From an uncultured Candidatus Saccharibacteria bacterium (GTDB lineage Bacteria; Patescibacteriota; Minisyncoccia; Minisyncoccales; MHMH01): a stretch of 51,043 nt of DNA. The stretch is from NCBI GenBank assembly GCA_964472225.1, contig CAYYJV010000001.1, positions 1 through 51,043 on the forward strand, in the 5' to 3' direction. The notes below the pieces were generated by a model. That model did not search any database, had not been told where the DNA came from, and was given only the letters and a program-made list of their open reading frames with translations. The translations under genes were made by a program, and so were the position numbers. Positions 42,056-50,104 of the stretch are shown here, piece by piece (positions within the stretch are counted from its first letter, which is position 1; the number at the start of each line of letters is the position of its first letter).

Positions 42056-42709
42056 AGCAATAGAAAAATAAATTAGCAAACTCGAAACATCGCTAAGAAT
42101 TGTGCCAACGGGGCCCGCAGCAATCGCCGGGTCCTTTTTGAGTTTATTTAAAAAATAAGGAACTAAAAGACCAAGCAAAAAAGCGGCCACAATGGTAAAA
42201 AACAAAGAAACTCCCGAAACAATTCCCACGTAGGGAAGTTTAAACCACCAAAAGGTAATCTTAATTTGGTTAAAACACCGGGAGATGCTTGGAAAATTTT
42301 AGTTGCGAAAGTGTTTTTAGAAATTCCGGCAAAGCGCAGAATATCCTCAATGTCTTCTGTATGCAAAATTTCCAAGATAACGTCGGGAGGAACAACTCCC
42401 AGAAATAAATTTTCTTTGTCCGCTACAGGAATTGATTTAAGGTTATGCCTCAAGGCCAAAATCGCCACTGTTTCCTGGTCGGTCCGCGGTTGAACCGTAA
42501 CAACACTTCTTGTCATTAAGTCTCCGGCTCTACTTTCTGCCGGCTTTTAAAAAACATCTTTTAAAGAGAGCGCGCGCCGCTAGTCTCCTTCCCTCATCAA
42601 CGATATAAATGTAGTTTAAAGTTTCAAATTCTCCAGCTTTTTCAAAAAGTTTTCTACGAATATCTAAAATCGTCTCTCCGGGAAAAGCCGTGGGAACATT
42701 TCTTATCAT
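42023..42709 (-). pseudogene. mgtE: Decayed magnesium transporter gene mgtE (frameshifts, an in-frame stop and an internal deletion)
   Basis: Three minus-strand frames each carry pieces of MgtE. The first is a CBS-like MIRNVPTAFPGETILDIRRKLFEKAGEFETLNYIYIVDEGRRLAARA. After a frame change comes LSLKDVF-stop-KPAESRAGDLMTRSVVTVQP...IPVADKENLFLGVV. The terminal TM segment ...DPAIAAGPVGTILSDVSSLLIYFSIA is in another frame. Most of the TM domain is missing. Confidence 0.7.
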
Positions 42710-42904
42710 TCTTCTGCCGGCTGATTCCGGTAGATATTTATTTTTTTATTTTTGTAAATCATTAACAAGTTAAGTGAAAAGGGTCGAGTCAACTTTATGG
42801 AATTCTCCGCGCTATTAATCTAAAATTTCCGATCCGGCAAACTTCAACGTCATAAGCGCAGATTTTGCCACCAATGGTGATGGGATCAAGCCCCTGTTCT
42901 TTAA

Positions 42905-44167
42905 TCATATTAACGTTCCTTGCTTAGACAAGGTTTTTCGTTCGCCTTGGGGAAAAATCCTGATTTTACCGTAGACGCCGTCATAGCCGGCTTCGACAAA
43001 AATTTTATTTTCCCTTACCCTTATCACTCCCTCTGCAATTTCCGGCAAGGTTGCAGCTTCTAATTCCGGTCTGGAAGCATCCAGCAAAACATTGAACTCT
43101 GAGCCGAATTTTTCGATTAAATTCTTGTATTCTTTCTCAACTTGCTTGGCTCCCACGGTCATCTCCAGACTCCCAGCGATTGTTTCTTCCAAGGGAACCA
43201 AGCTTTTAAAAGGAACGGCATTTTCGGGCTGGAAGCCCTCGGGCTTATCCGCCAATTCCTCCACTCGGTTAAGAACTCCAATGGTCAGGGGTCTGCCGCA
43301 AACCGGGCAAATATTGTTATATTTCTTGGATTCCTTGGGAGACAAGCTAATTTGACAGTTACGATGACCGTCATAGTGATATTTTCCCTCTTGGGGAAAA
43401 AATTCAATGGTGTATAAAAAGTTTTGGGGGTCTTTTGCTTTGATGGCGGTGACTATGGAAGAGTAACTTAAAAAGGGTAAGTCAAAAACATTAGCCTCTC
43501 TGCCTATCTTGGAGGGAGAATGGCTGTCGCTGTTTGAAATCAAAGACAACCTCCTGCCGTCTGGCATACGCCAAAGCATGGCGGGGTCTGCGGAAAGACC
43601 GGTCTCTCCGGCAAAAATATATTTGGCATAATCTTCAAAACACTCTTCCAGCGAATTGAAACCCGAGCGTGATCCGAACAAAGAAAACCAAGGGGTCATC
43701 AAGTGTGCGGGAACGATTAAACAATCCCCGGAAATTCCCAAAACGATTTTGGCCAATTCTTTGGCGTCCAATCCCAAAATCGGCCTGCCGTCGGCCTTTA
43801 AATTACCAATCCAGCCCAAATGAGCGTTGATTTTTTCTACCACCTCAAAAGAAGGTGCGAAAACAATGATATGAATTTTTCTAACCCGGTTTCTTTTAGA
43901 ATAAATACAGCTGATCTCAGAAGTCAAAATAAATCGCGTTTCGTCTTTGGAATTTGCGATTTGGGATTTTAGTCTGTATAAACCGGGTTCTGCTGGCTCC
44001 AGTTTTTCTTTTAAATTTTCAAACCACTCCGGATGGGTAAAATCTCCCGTGCCCAAAACCTTAATACCTTTGATTTTGGCCCACTTATCCAGGTTTTCCA
44101 AATCCATATCCTTTGAGGTTGCCCGGGAATATTTGCTGTGAATGTGAAAATCGGCAATAAACCGCAT
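42905..44167 (-). CDS. Endonuclease Q-like PHP-domain nuclease
   Basis: 420 aa. ADFHIHSKYSRATS, GTGDFTHP, PAHLMTPW, ETGLSADP, SNSDSHSPSKIGREAN, GKYHYDGH, the zinc knuckle CPVCGRPLTIGVLNRVEELAD and the C-terminus GYDGVYGKIRIF parallel the archaeal EndoQ layout as I remember it. Confidence 0.75.
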   Translation of the reverse strand: MRFIADFHIHSKYSRATSKDMDLENLDKWAKIKGIKVLGTGDFTHPEWFENLKEKLEPAEPGLYRLKSQIANSKDETRFILTSEISCIYSKRNRVRKIHIIVFAPSFEVVEKINAHLGWIGNLKADGRPILGLDAKELAKIVLGISGDCLIVPAHLMTPWFSLFGSRSGFNSLEECFEDYAKYIFAGETGLSADPAMLWRMPDGRRLSLISNSDSHSPSKIGREANVFDLPFLSYSSIVTAIKAKDPQNFLYTIEFFPQEGKYHYDGHRNCQISLSPKESKKYNNICPVCGRPLTIGVLNRVEELADKPEGFQPENAVPFKSLVPLEETIAGSLEMTVGAKQVEKEYKNLIEKFGSEFNVLLDASRPELEAATLPEIAEGVIRVRENKIFVEAGYDGVYGKIRIFPQGERKTLSKQGTLI

Positions 44168-44250
44168 ATATTCTATTCTAACAAAAACTCAAAATATTTA
44201 CAGCCATAAATCGGACATCGCATGTCCAACTATTCATAACCCAACCCTGT

Positions 44251-44282
44251 CTCGTAGTTAAAACCATGGTTCTAACTACGAG
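44251..44282. promoter_or_regulatory. 32-bp near-perfect palindrome CTCGTAGTTAAAACCA|TGGTTCTAACTACGAG
   Basis: There is one mismatch between the 16-bp half-sites. It sits in the 324-bp spacer between the divergent EndoQ-like and ParB-like genes, and further hairpins surround it (GGACAT-CGC-ATGTCC at ~44211; CCAAATTT-N20-AAATTTGG at 44340-44375). Confidence 0.55.
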
Positions 44283-44431
44283 ACAATTGGTAAGGTATGT
44301 CCAAGGAGGGTCCGTGGCCAAGGGACCACAGGCCCCACGCCAAATTTTGATGTAGGAGTTGTTCGGGAAATTTGGCTGATCGCCCAAAATTTAGCTTCAA
44401 ATGGGTTGCTGGAGTTTATTAAAGCAAACTT

Positions 44432-44459
44432 TTGACAAAATATTTTAGTTTATTAAGAT
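44432..44459 (+). promoter_or_regulatory. Candidate sigma70-type promoter of the ParB-like gene
   Basis: It has TTGACA (44432-44437), a 16-nt spacer and TAAGAT. A GAAGGAGG RBS precedes the ATG at 44492. Confidence 0.3.
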
Positions 44460-44491
44460 AGATTTGAAGCTCTTTTTTAATAGAAGGAGGA

Positions 44492-45505
44492 ATGATGCGT
44501 CTCGAAAATAAATATAGGGTTCGCCACGAACGCCTCCCTCTCTCAGCTTTTATCACTCATCCACAAATGAGAGTAACTTTTAATGAAGAGAGTATTAACT
44601 CTCTGGCAGAGAATATTTTTTTGCATGGGCTTATCCATCCTCTTTGTGTAGCTGAGACATCCGAAGGTTTTTTAATAATTTCTGGCCATCGCCGTTATCG
44701 AGCTTTACAGAAATTAGCAGCCGATGGTCGTTTCAATGGCAAGGTCGAAGTGACTATTTTTTCTGATCTTTCATCAGTTGAAATAGCCTTACTCCAGGCT
44801 TCAGAAAATATTCATGAACAGGTACCACCTCACGAAGCTGCTCGGTTTTATGAAATAACTTGGAAACTCATAAAAGTCTCTGACCCCAATTTTACTCTTT
44901 CTAATTTTGCCAAGGCAGTGGGCAGAAGTGAAGAAACAATAAGGTCAGCTTTAAAATTTTGTCTCTTACCAAAAGAGATTCAGGATTTAGTAGAAGCGAA
45001 TTTATTATCTTATGGGGTTGCTGTTCAACTGGCTCGCTTGAGAGATAGTTTGGATGCAAATGAGTTAATACGTTGGGCTATTCATTCCATTGCTGCCAAT
45101 GATAAAGTATCTGCCGTAAAAGAAAGAGTCAATATTTTCCTACGAGATCAAAAATCGGAACAGTCATCCCTTTTGGATATTTTTGGAGAAAAAGCAAGAG
45201 AAGAGCTGGAGCGTTCTTCAAAGCGTCTAACATTAAATATCGCTACCATCAGAGCCTTTTGGAGCATGAACCATTACTTTTCGAGAATTCTCAGTTTAAT
45301 CGAAACAGGTAAACTCGGAAAGCAAGATTCGCCATTTTCGATGAAAAGTACACTTAAAGCTTTTCGCCATCTTATTAAAAACCTGGAGAGATTATTGCCC
45401 CATCTTCAGAGCTTTCTTTCCCAAACCGAATATCATGAGGCCAAAAAAATTTTACAAGGATCAGAATCTTTGGCGGACCAACTCGAGAAAAAAGAAATAG
45501 CATAG
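44492..45505 (+). CDS. ParB/Srx-fold N-terminal domain protein (orphan ParB-like)
   Basis: 337 aa. IHPLCVAETSEGFLIISGHRRYRAL matches the ParB box (GERRxRA region). A helical, HTH-like segment follows (FAKAVGRSEETIRSALKF). There is no adjacent parA. Confidence 0.7.
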   Translation: MMRLENKYRVRHERLPLSAFITHPQMRVTFNEESINSLAENIFLHGLIHPLCVAETSEGFLIISGHRRYRALQKLAADGRFNGKVEVTIFSDLSSVEIALLQASENIHEQVPPHEAARFYEITWKLIKVSDPNFTLSNFAKAVGRSEETIRSALKFCLLPKEIQDLVEANLLSYGVAVQLARLRDSLDANELIRWAIHSIAANDKVSAVKERVNIFLRDQKSEQSSLLDIFGEKAREELERSSKRLTLNIATIRAFWSMNHYFSRILSLIETGKLGKQDSPFSMKSTLKAFRHLIKNLERLLPHLQSFLSQTEYHEAKKILQGSESLADQLEKKEIA

Positions 45506-45511
45506 AAAAAT

Positions 45512-45541
45512 AGGAAGTTCCGCAGGGGCTTCCTTTTTGTT
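45512..45541 (+). terminator. Rho-independent terminator of the ParB-like gene
   Basis: The stem AGGAAG...CTTCCT is followed by TTTTGT. Confidence 0.65.
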
Positions 45542-45542
45542 T

Positions 45543-45570
45543 ACAACAAAATGCACGGGTTGAACCCGTG
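45543..45570 (-). terminator. Rho-independent terminator of the permease gene
   Basis: The minus-strand RNA reads CACGGGU-UCA-ACCCGUG followed by CAUUUUGUUG. Confidence 0.6.
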
Positions 45571-45626
45571 TATCTAACCAGGGGCGTAAATGTATCACTC
45601 GGTGGACCAAGTGCCACTTGAGCGTT

Positions 45627-46766
45627 TTATCTTACAACAAAATAAAAAATTTCAAAAGCAATGCCCAGAATAAAAAAGAGGGGCAGAGCATAAAATAAAG
45701 GGTTCATTTTGCGGTTTAATTTTTTCTTCAAGAATTCGCGGTACAAAAATACAACTATTATCCCCATGGAACCCACTGCCACAGCTCCAGTAAGACCGAC
45801 GATGTCAATAAATTCTCGGGCACCGGCAAAAAATAATAAAAGTGGTGCAAAACAGGCGACAAACCAAGAAAGACGAGAAGATAAATGAAAATCGTACCAA
45901 AAAACCTTTTTTAAGGTTAATCCCAGAGTTAAAAATGAAGTAAAACACGTAATGATTCCGAAAAGAAATCCCAATCGAATAATGCCGTCACCCAGCATAT
46001 AAGCAAAGCCGGAGATCGCTTCCTTTGAAGTATTGGGGCCGGAAGTCCCCAAAATTACATAGATGAAAACAAGATAGGTAAGGGCAGCAAGCAAAATTCC
46101 AGAAATTATGGTTCGCTTTAATGCCTGGCGGTTTTCTCCCAGTATTTCCTTTATTTCCGGCACCATGTTAATGCCCCAGAGGGAAAAAAGCACCACCCCA
46201 TAGGGAAGGGTAAGGAACTTCAAATTAACACTCTTAAAATTCTCAACATTAATAAAGGGAAACGCTTTTACGGAGAAAATGACTAAAATCCCCAAAAAAA
46301 CAAGTAAAAGCAAAAGCTCAATCAGAGATATGCTCTTGATTCCCCGGAAGATAAAAAATGTTCCCAGAGTCCAGAAAAAAAGAGTGTATATCAAGGCACT
46401 ACCGCCAAAATAAGGAGAAAAAAAATGAGTCAAGAACGTGCCCCCGACAATCAAATAAGCGAGAAGGGCTCCGGTTAATCCCAGACTGGTAATTAAAAAA
46501 GTAAAATTTTTCCACCGTCTGCCCATGTATTTCTCCACCGCGCCGGGAAGCCTATGCAAAACCTTGTATCCCAGAGAAACCTCTCCGTACATCAAATGAA
46601 TGGTGATGGTGACACCGGTTAAAAACAAAAAGTACAAAACTACCACCCAAAAACCGGCTTTCAGGGCGACATAGGGAAGGCCAAATATTCCTACCCCGAT
46701 AACGGTGCCCGCAAAAACTGCCAATGCTTTAAGATATTTCATAATCATGGTTTTAGAAAAATCCAA
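45627..46766 (-). CDS. Amino acid permease (aromatic amino acid/Trp-Tyr permease-like family)
   Basis: 379 aa, ~11 TM segments. The N-terminal block AGTVIGVGIFGLPYV is typical of this transporter family. Confidence 0.7.
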   Translation of the reverse strand: MDFSKTMIMKYLKALAVFAGTVIGVGIFGLPYVALKAGFWVVVLYFLFLTGVTITIHLMYGEVSLGYKVLHRLPGAVEKYMGRRWKNFTFLITSLGLTGALLAYLIVGGTFLTHFFSPYFGGSALIYTLFFWTLGTFFIFRGIKSISLIELLLLLVFLGILVIFSVKAFPFINVENFKSVNLKFLTLPYGVVLFSLWGINMVPEIKEILGENRQALKRTIISGILLAALTYLVFIYVILGTSGPNTSKEAISGFAYMLGDGIIRLGFLFGIITCFTSFLTLGLTLKKVFWYDFHLSSRLSWFVACFAPLLLFFAGAREFIDIVGLTGAVAVGSMGIIVVFLYREFLKKKLNRKMNPLFYALPLFFILGIAFEIFYFVVR

Positions 46767-47748
46767 AAAGTTTGCCGAGAAAGAAAATATAAACCAATAA
46801 ATACATGGCTCCCTCCCATTTGTGAATCCTTTGAGAGATACCGGAAATTACAAAAAAGAAAGTGGCTATAATGAAAACCGGCAATCCTATCATCAGGGTC
46901 TTCTCTTCTATTACTAAATTGGAAATCAAAGCCGGAATTCCCACCACCACTAAGACATTGAAAACATTGGAACCCAAGGCATTCCCCACCGCTAGTTCGT
47001 ATTTGCGCCGTCTGGCGGCTTGAACCGAAACCACCAGTTCCGGCAGAGAGGTGCCTACGGCAATAGCGGTAATAGCCACTACCGCCGGGACAATTTTCAA
47101 AATTTCAGAAATTCTTAAAGTAGATTCGATGATATAATGAGCGCCAAAATACAAAGCCAAACTGCCCAGAATTAAAAACAAAATAATTTTCCAGCTGAAT
47201 TTTGGCTTGTTTTTAAGGTTTTCTTCTTCTATTAACTGTGGGGGTCTTTTCTCCCTGGTGGAAAGAATAGAAACTTCTTGGGATTCTTCTTTTCCTGCTC
47301 TTTGGGTGGCGGAGTAAAAGAAATAAATAAAAAAAGCCGCTAAAAGCAAAATGGCCTCCTGCCAGAAAATTTGACCGTCCCAGGCTGTTCCCAGAAATAA
47401 AAAAGAGGCTACCAGTAGCAGAGGGAGGTCGATGTCAATCAAACTCCTGGAAATAATCAATTTCCCAGCAAACAAAGCGGAAACCCCCAAAACTAAAAGA
47501 ATATTGGCAATATTAGAACCTATAGCGTTGGCTGTCACTATCTCCGTGGCCCCCCTCAAAACAGCAGAGATTCCCGTCGCCAATTCCGGCAAAGAAGTCC
47601 CCAGGGCCACAATAGTCACGCCGACAATAAAGGGAGACAATCCCATAATCAAACCCAGTTTTTCTGAACCATCTATGAACCAATCGGCTCCTTTAACCAA
47701 AAAAAATAAGGAGACGATAAAAACACCTATCCAAAATAAAAGCTCCAT
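46753..47748 (-). CDS. Ca2+/Na+ antiporter (CaCA family, YrbG-like)
   Basis: 331 aa. It has two alpha-repeat motifs, GTSLPELATG and GTSLPELVVS. Confidence 0.85.
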   Translation of the reverse strand: MELLFWIGVFIVSLFFLVKGADWFIDGSEKLGLIMGLSPFIVGVTIVALGTSLPELATGISAVLRGATEIVTANAIGSNIANILLVLGVSALFAGKLIISRSLIDIDLPLLLVASFLFLGTAWDGQIFWQEAILLLAAFFIYFFYSATQRAGKEESQEVSILSTREKRPPQLIEEENLKNKPKFSWKIILFLILGSLALYFGAHYIIESTLRISEILKIVPAVVAITAIAVGTSLPELVVSVQAARRRKYELAVGNALGSNVFNVLVVVGIPALISNLVIEEKTLMIGLPVFIIATFFFVISGISQRIHKWEGAMYLLVYIFFLGKLFGFF

Positions 47749-47761
47749 ATGATTACATTGG

Positions 47762-48073
47762 TTATTTAACTAATCTTATCCCCAGGCCGGCGACTTGCCC
47801 CCCGCCGAATATCAAAATGCCGGCAAAAATAGACCAAGCGATCAAATTCAAAAGACCAATAACGGACTCCGTGGGCAATACCCCCTTTAATTGCTGCTGG
47901 ACCATTTCCTCTATGGTGCCAGTCGTAATGCCTTCCTTTTCTGCGACGCTAAAAATTTCCGGCGCTTGGGTTTTGGTGGTAAAAATATTGTAAGAGGAAT
48001 AAAGACTATAAAAAATAATAATCAAACCCAGTAAAAGCAGAACCCAGCCTATGATTTTTTTTATAAACCCCAT
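47762..48073 (-). CDS. Small two-helix membrane protein, unknown function
   Basis: 103 aa. It has N- and C-terminal hydrophobic helices. It abuts the upstream small membrane ORF, whose stop is at 48073. Confidence 0.45.
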   Translation of the reverse strand: MGFIKKIIGWVLLLLGLIIIFYSLYSSYNIFTTKTQAPEIFSVAEKEGITTGTIEEMVQQQLKGVLPTESVIGLLNLIAWSIFAGILIFGGGQVAGLGIRLVK

Positions 48074-48375
48074 TATTTTAATTCCTCGTAAAACGAGGAT
48101 TTCTTAATAATTATCTTATAAATATTCTCTATAAAATCGCCGCCGGCATACCCGATAATAAAAGCCAAAGCTGGGGTAAAGCCGCCCAAAACGGTAAAAC
48201 CGACTTCTTTGATAACCAGGGCGGCTGTCAGCCCAATCGCTCCGGAAACAAACATCATCCCTAAAAAATAGTAAGGCCTGAATTTCACTTCTTTGTAAGA
48301 AAAGTAGTGTTTAACGAAACCCACTAACCCTCTTAAAATGCCGCCGCCAAAAGCAGCAATAAAAATGTAAGTCAT
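48073..48375 (-). CDS. Small three-helix membrane protein, unknown function
   Basis: 100 aa, glycine-rich TM helices. It overlaps the MgtC-family gene by 4 nt. Confidence 0.45.
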   Translation of the reverse strand: MTYIFIAAFGGGILRGLVGFVKHYFSYKEVKFRPYYFLGMMFVSGAIGLTAALVIKEVGFTVLGGFTPALAFIIGYAGGDFIENIYKIIIKKSSFYEELK

Positions 48376-48788
48376 TTTTCTTCGTCGCGGGGTTTAATGA
48401 ATTTCTCTTCAATAGGCCTCAAGCCAGCCAAGATAACAATAGCTAAAATCGAAACAAAAACAGCCAACAAATACAGCTTAATCCCCACCGCCAATCCGAT
48501 GCCGGCTACTACCCAAAGACCGGCAGCCGTAGTTAAACCTTCGACGTAAAAATGCCGATGGATGATCAAACCGCCCCCTATAAAACCAATGCCCAGAGCC
48601 ACAGCCTGAACCACCCTGAGTGAGTCACCGTTGAAAACATAAGAAAGGCTGATAATGGTAAACAAAGTAGCCCCCAGGCAAACTAAAGCATAGGTTCTTA
48701 AGCCGGCTTCCTTCTTTTTGTATTCTCTTTCTAAGCCAACCAATCCGCCCAAAACGGCAGCTAAAACCAACTGCAAAAATATTTCCAT
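48372..48788 (-). CDS. MgtC/SapB family membrane protein (TM domain only)
   Basis: 138 aa. LGGLVGLEREYKKKEAGLRTYALVCLGATLF is the MgtC family signature. Confidence 0.8.
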   Translation of the reverse strand: MEIFLQLVLAAVLGGLVGLEREYKKKEAGLRTYALVCLGATLFTIISLSYVFNGDSLRVVQAVALGIGFIGGGLIIHRHFYVEGLTTAAGLWVVAGIGLAVGIKLYLLAVFVSILAIVILAGLRPIEEKFIKPRDEEK

Positions 48789-48792
48789 AATT

Positions 48793-48815
48793 TAGAAATT
48801 GGAATTTGGGAATTA
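48793..48815. repeat. Intergenic heptamer-type module AGAAATT GGAATTT GGGAATT
   Basis: It has the same 7-nt periodic AT-rich pattern as the in-gene arrays. It overlaps the stop codon of the 86-aa gene. Confidence 0.4.
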
Positions 48816-49073
48816 GAGCTTAAAGACCTTGTATCCTTCACGAACTTTTTGATCAACCTTCAAACCGACAGAGTCGCCTTTCTTAGCTGTTTCCACTTTC
48901 TGATGTTCCACTTCCATTGAGCCGACGGTTTGGGTAAAATCGGTTTCTCCACCCGCAATTCTAATGGTGTCTCCGATCTTCAGGGTATCGGAAAGCTCAA
49001 TAACCGCCACCCCGATATTTCCGAAATAGTGGGTCACTTTCCCTATTAATTTTCCCTCGACTTCTTCAGCCAT
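48813..49073 (-). CDS. Small beta-barrel protein resembling translation-factor domain 2 (EF-Tu D2-like)
   Basis: 86 aa. GKVTHYFGNIGVAVIELSDTLKIGDTIRI...GDSVGLKV follows the EFTU_D2 barrel pattern. Confidence 0.5.
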   Translation of the reverse strand: MAEEVEGKLIGKVTHYFGNIGVAVIELSDTLKIGDTIRIAGGETDFTQTVGSMEVEHQKVETAKKGDSVGLKVDQKVREGYKVFKL

Positions 49074-49091
49074 AAAACATTAATTTATTTT

Positions 49092-49649
49092 TTACTTGCG
49101 ACCTTTGTGATTTTTATCTTTTCTAATTTCTTTAATTAACTTTTGAACTAGTTTCTTGGGATCGGTGTCGTAAACAATGGCTCCTCTTTTTTTATGGGGA
49201 CGTCTGGTGATAGTCTGGATAAGGTCAGCCGTCCCCCCCGAACCTAATAAAACTCCGATGGGTCTCCTATCTTCGTAGGCTATGGTGAATTCATTGAGGG
49301 TGCCCATTCTGCCGCATATGATAATCACTCCGTCTGCCGCTCTGGTCAACAAGAGATTTCTGCCCGCATAGTCAAAACCGGTATAAATCATTACGTCAAA
49401 CTCGTCAGTAGGTAGTTTGTATACTTTTTTGTGCTCTTTTTCGGACACTGCCGGAGAAAAACCAATACTGATGCCTCCTGCTTTATTGCCGCTCTGGGCA
49501 GCGTAATAAGGGCAACCAGTGGTGGCGCCAGTTAATAAAATGCATCCTTGGCGAACAATCTCTCTCCCGACTTCTCTTGACAGTTTCTCGATGTTTTTGG
49601 AGCAATGCCCCACCTCGGCAGCCCCGCTAACGGCAATTTTGTACTTCAT
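49092..49649 (-). CDS. TIGR00725/SLOG (LOG-like Rossmann) family protein
   Basis: 185 aa. IAVSGAA, LLTGATTG, GRNLLLTRAADGVIIICGRMGTLNEF is the typical LOG-like layout. Confidence 0.7.
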   Translation of the reverse strand: MKYKIAVSGAAEVGHCSKNIEKLSREVGREIVRQGCILLTGATTGCPYYAAQSGNKAGGISIGFSPAVSEKEHKKVYKLPTDEFDVMIYTGFDYAGRNLLLTRAADGVIIICGRMGTLNEFTIAYEDRRPIGVLLGSGGTADLIQTITRRPHKKRGAIVYDTDPKKLVQKLIKEIRKDKNHKGRK

Positions 49650-49687
49650 GCTTTTATTTTACCACTTTAAAGCCAAGTTTAAAATCA

Positions 49688-49763
49688 TGGTGTCCCCGGT
49701 GCGACTCGAACGCACAATCTTCAGCTCCGGAGGCTGACGCTTTATCCATTAAGCCACGGGGAC
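49688..49763 (-). tRNA. tRNA-Arg (anticodon CCG), CCA encoded
   Basis: The minus strand reads GTCCCCG TG GCTT AATGGATA AAGC G TCAGC CTCCGGA GCTGA AGATT GTGCG TTCGAGT CGCAC CGGGGAC A CCA. All four stems are fully paired. The anticodon loop is C-T-CCG-G-A. Confidence 0.9.
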
Positions 49764-49771
49764 AAAAAACA

Positions 49772-49800
49772 TTGACAAAATGCAAATTTTGAGCTATACT
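49772..49800 (+). promoter_or_regulatory. Near-consensus sigma70 promoter TTGACA-N17-TATACT
   Basis: TTGACA is at 49772-49777 and TATACT is at 49795-49800, with a 17-nt spacer. An AGGAG RBS and a GTG start follow ~40 nt downstream. Confidence 0.6.
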
Positions 49801-49842
49801 ATATTATACCTTAAAAACTTTGTTTCGGGAAGGAGAAAAGAA

Positions 49843-50103
49843 GTGTCAAGAGTAGAAACCGGAATATTATCCTTCGCGCCAAAGGGGTATATCCTTGCTA
49901 AAGATGGAGAAAAATTTGGAAGGAACACGAAGATTTTCGCCATAACCAATATGTATGGCGAAATAATCACCAAGTGGGCGAATGCTGTTTCCACCCAAGA
50001 TGGAAAAGAAACATTTCTCCAGTGGTTCAAAAAAAGATATCCCAATGTTGTTCCGCCTTTTCGGGGAAATGTGTTCATTTTCCGAAAAGCCCTGCCAGAT
50101 TAA
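49843..50103 (+). CDS. Hypothetical protein (86 aa from a GTG start)
   Basis: The ORF continues to 50103. GTG 49843 is preceded by GGGAAGGAGAAAAGAA. The ATG at 49780 given in the ORF track lies inside the promoter and is unlikely to be used. I recognise no family. Confidence 0.45.
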   Translation: MSRVETGILSFAPKGYILAKDGEKFGRNTKIFAITNMYGEIITKWANAVSTQDGKETFLQWFKKRYPNVVPPFRGNVFIFRKALPD

Positions 50104-50104
50104 A

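Noticed and set aside
42163-42516. Treating 42163-42516 and 42023-42229 as two intact small genes.
   Set aside because: Both are fragments of one MgtE-like sequence in different frames, and further MgtE-like sequence lies upstream in a third frame. They are called a single pseudogene.
42795-42908. 37-codon ORF (MIKEQGLDPITIGGKICAYDVEVCRIGNFRLIARRIP) overlapping the EndoQ-like stop in an ATGA arrangement.
   Set aside because: It is too short, I recognise no family, and it lies beside a decayed gene. It may be a remnant. It is mentioned only in the EndoQ finding.
44178-44387. 69-aa minus-strand ORF in the EndoQ/ParB spacer.
   Set aside because: It has no RBS, spans the palindromes and hairpins, and has odd composition (W/C/T-rich). 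The region is more likely non-coding.
49780-49842. ATG at 49780 as the start of the 107-aa ORF in the track.
   Set aside because: That ATG lies between the -35 and -10 boxes of the near-consensus promoter. A GTG at 49843 with an AGGAG RBS is a better start.
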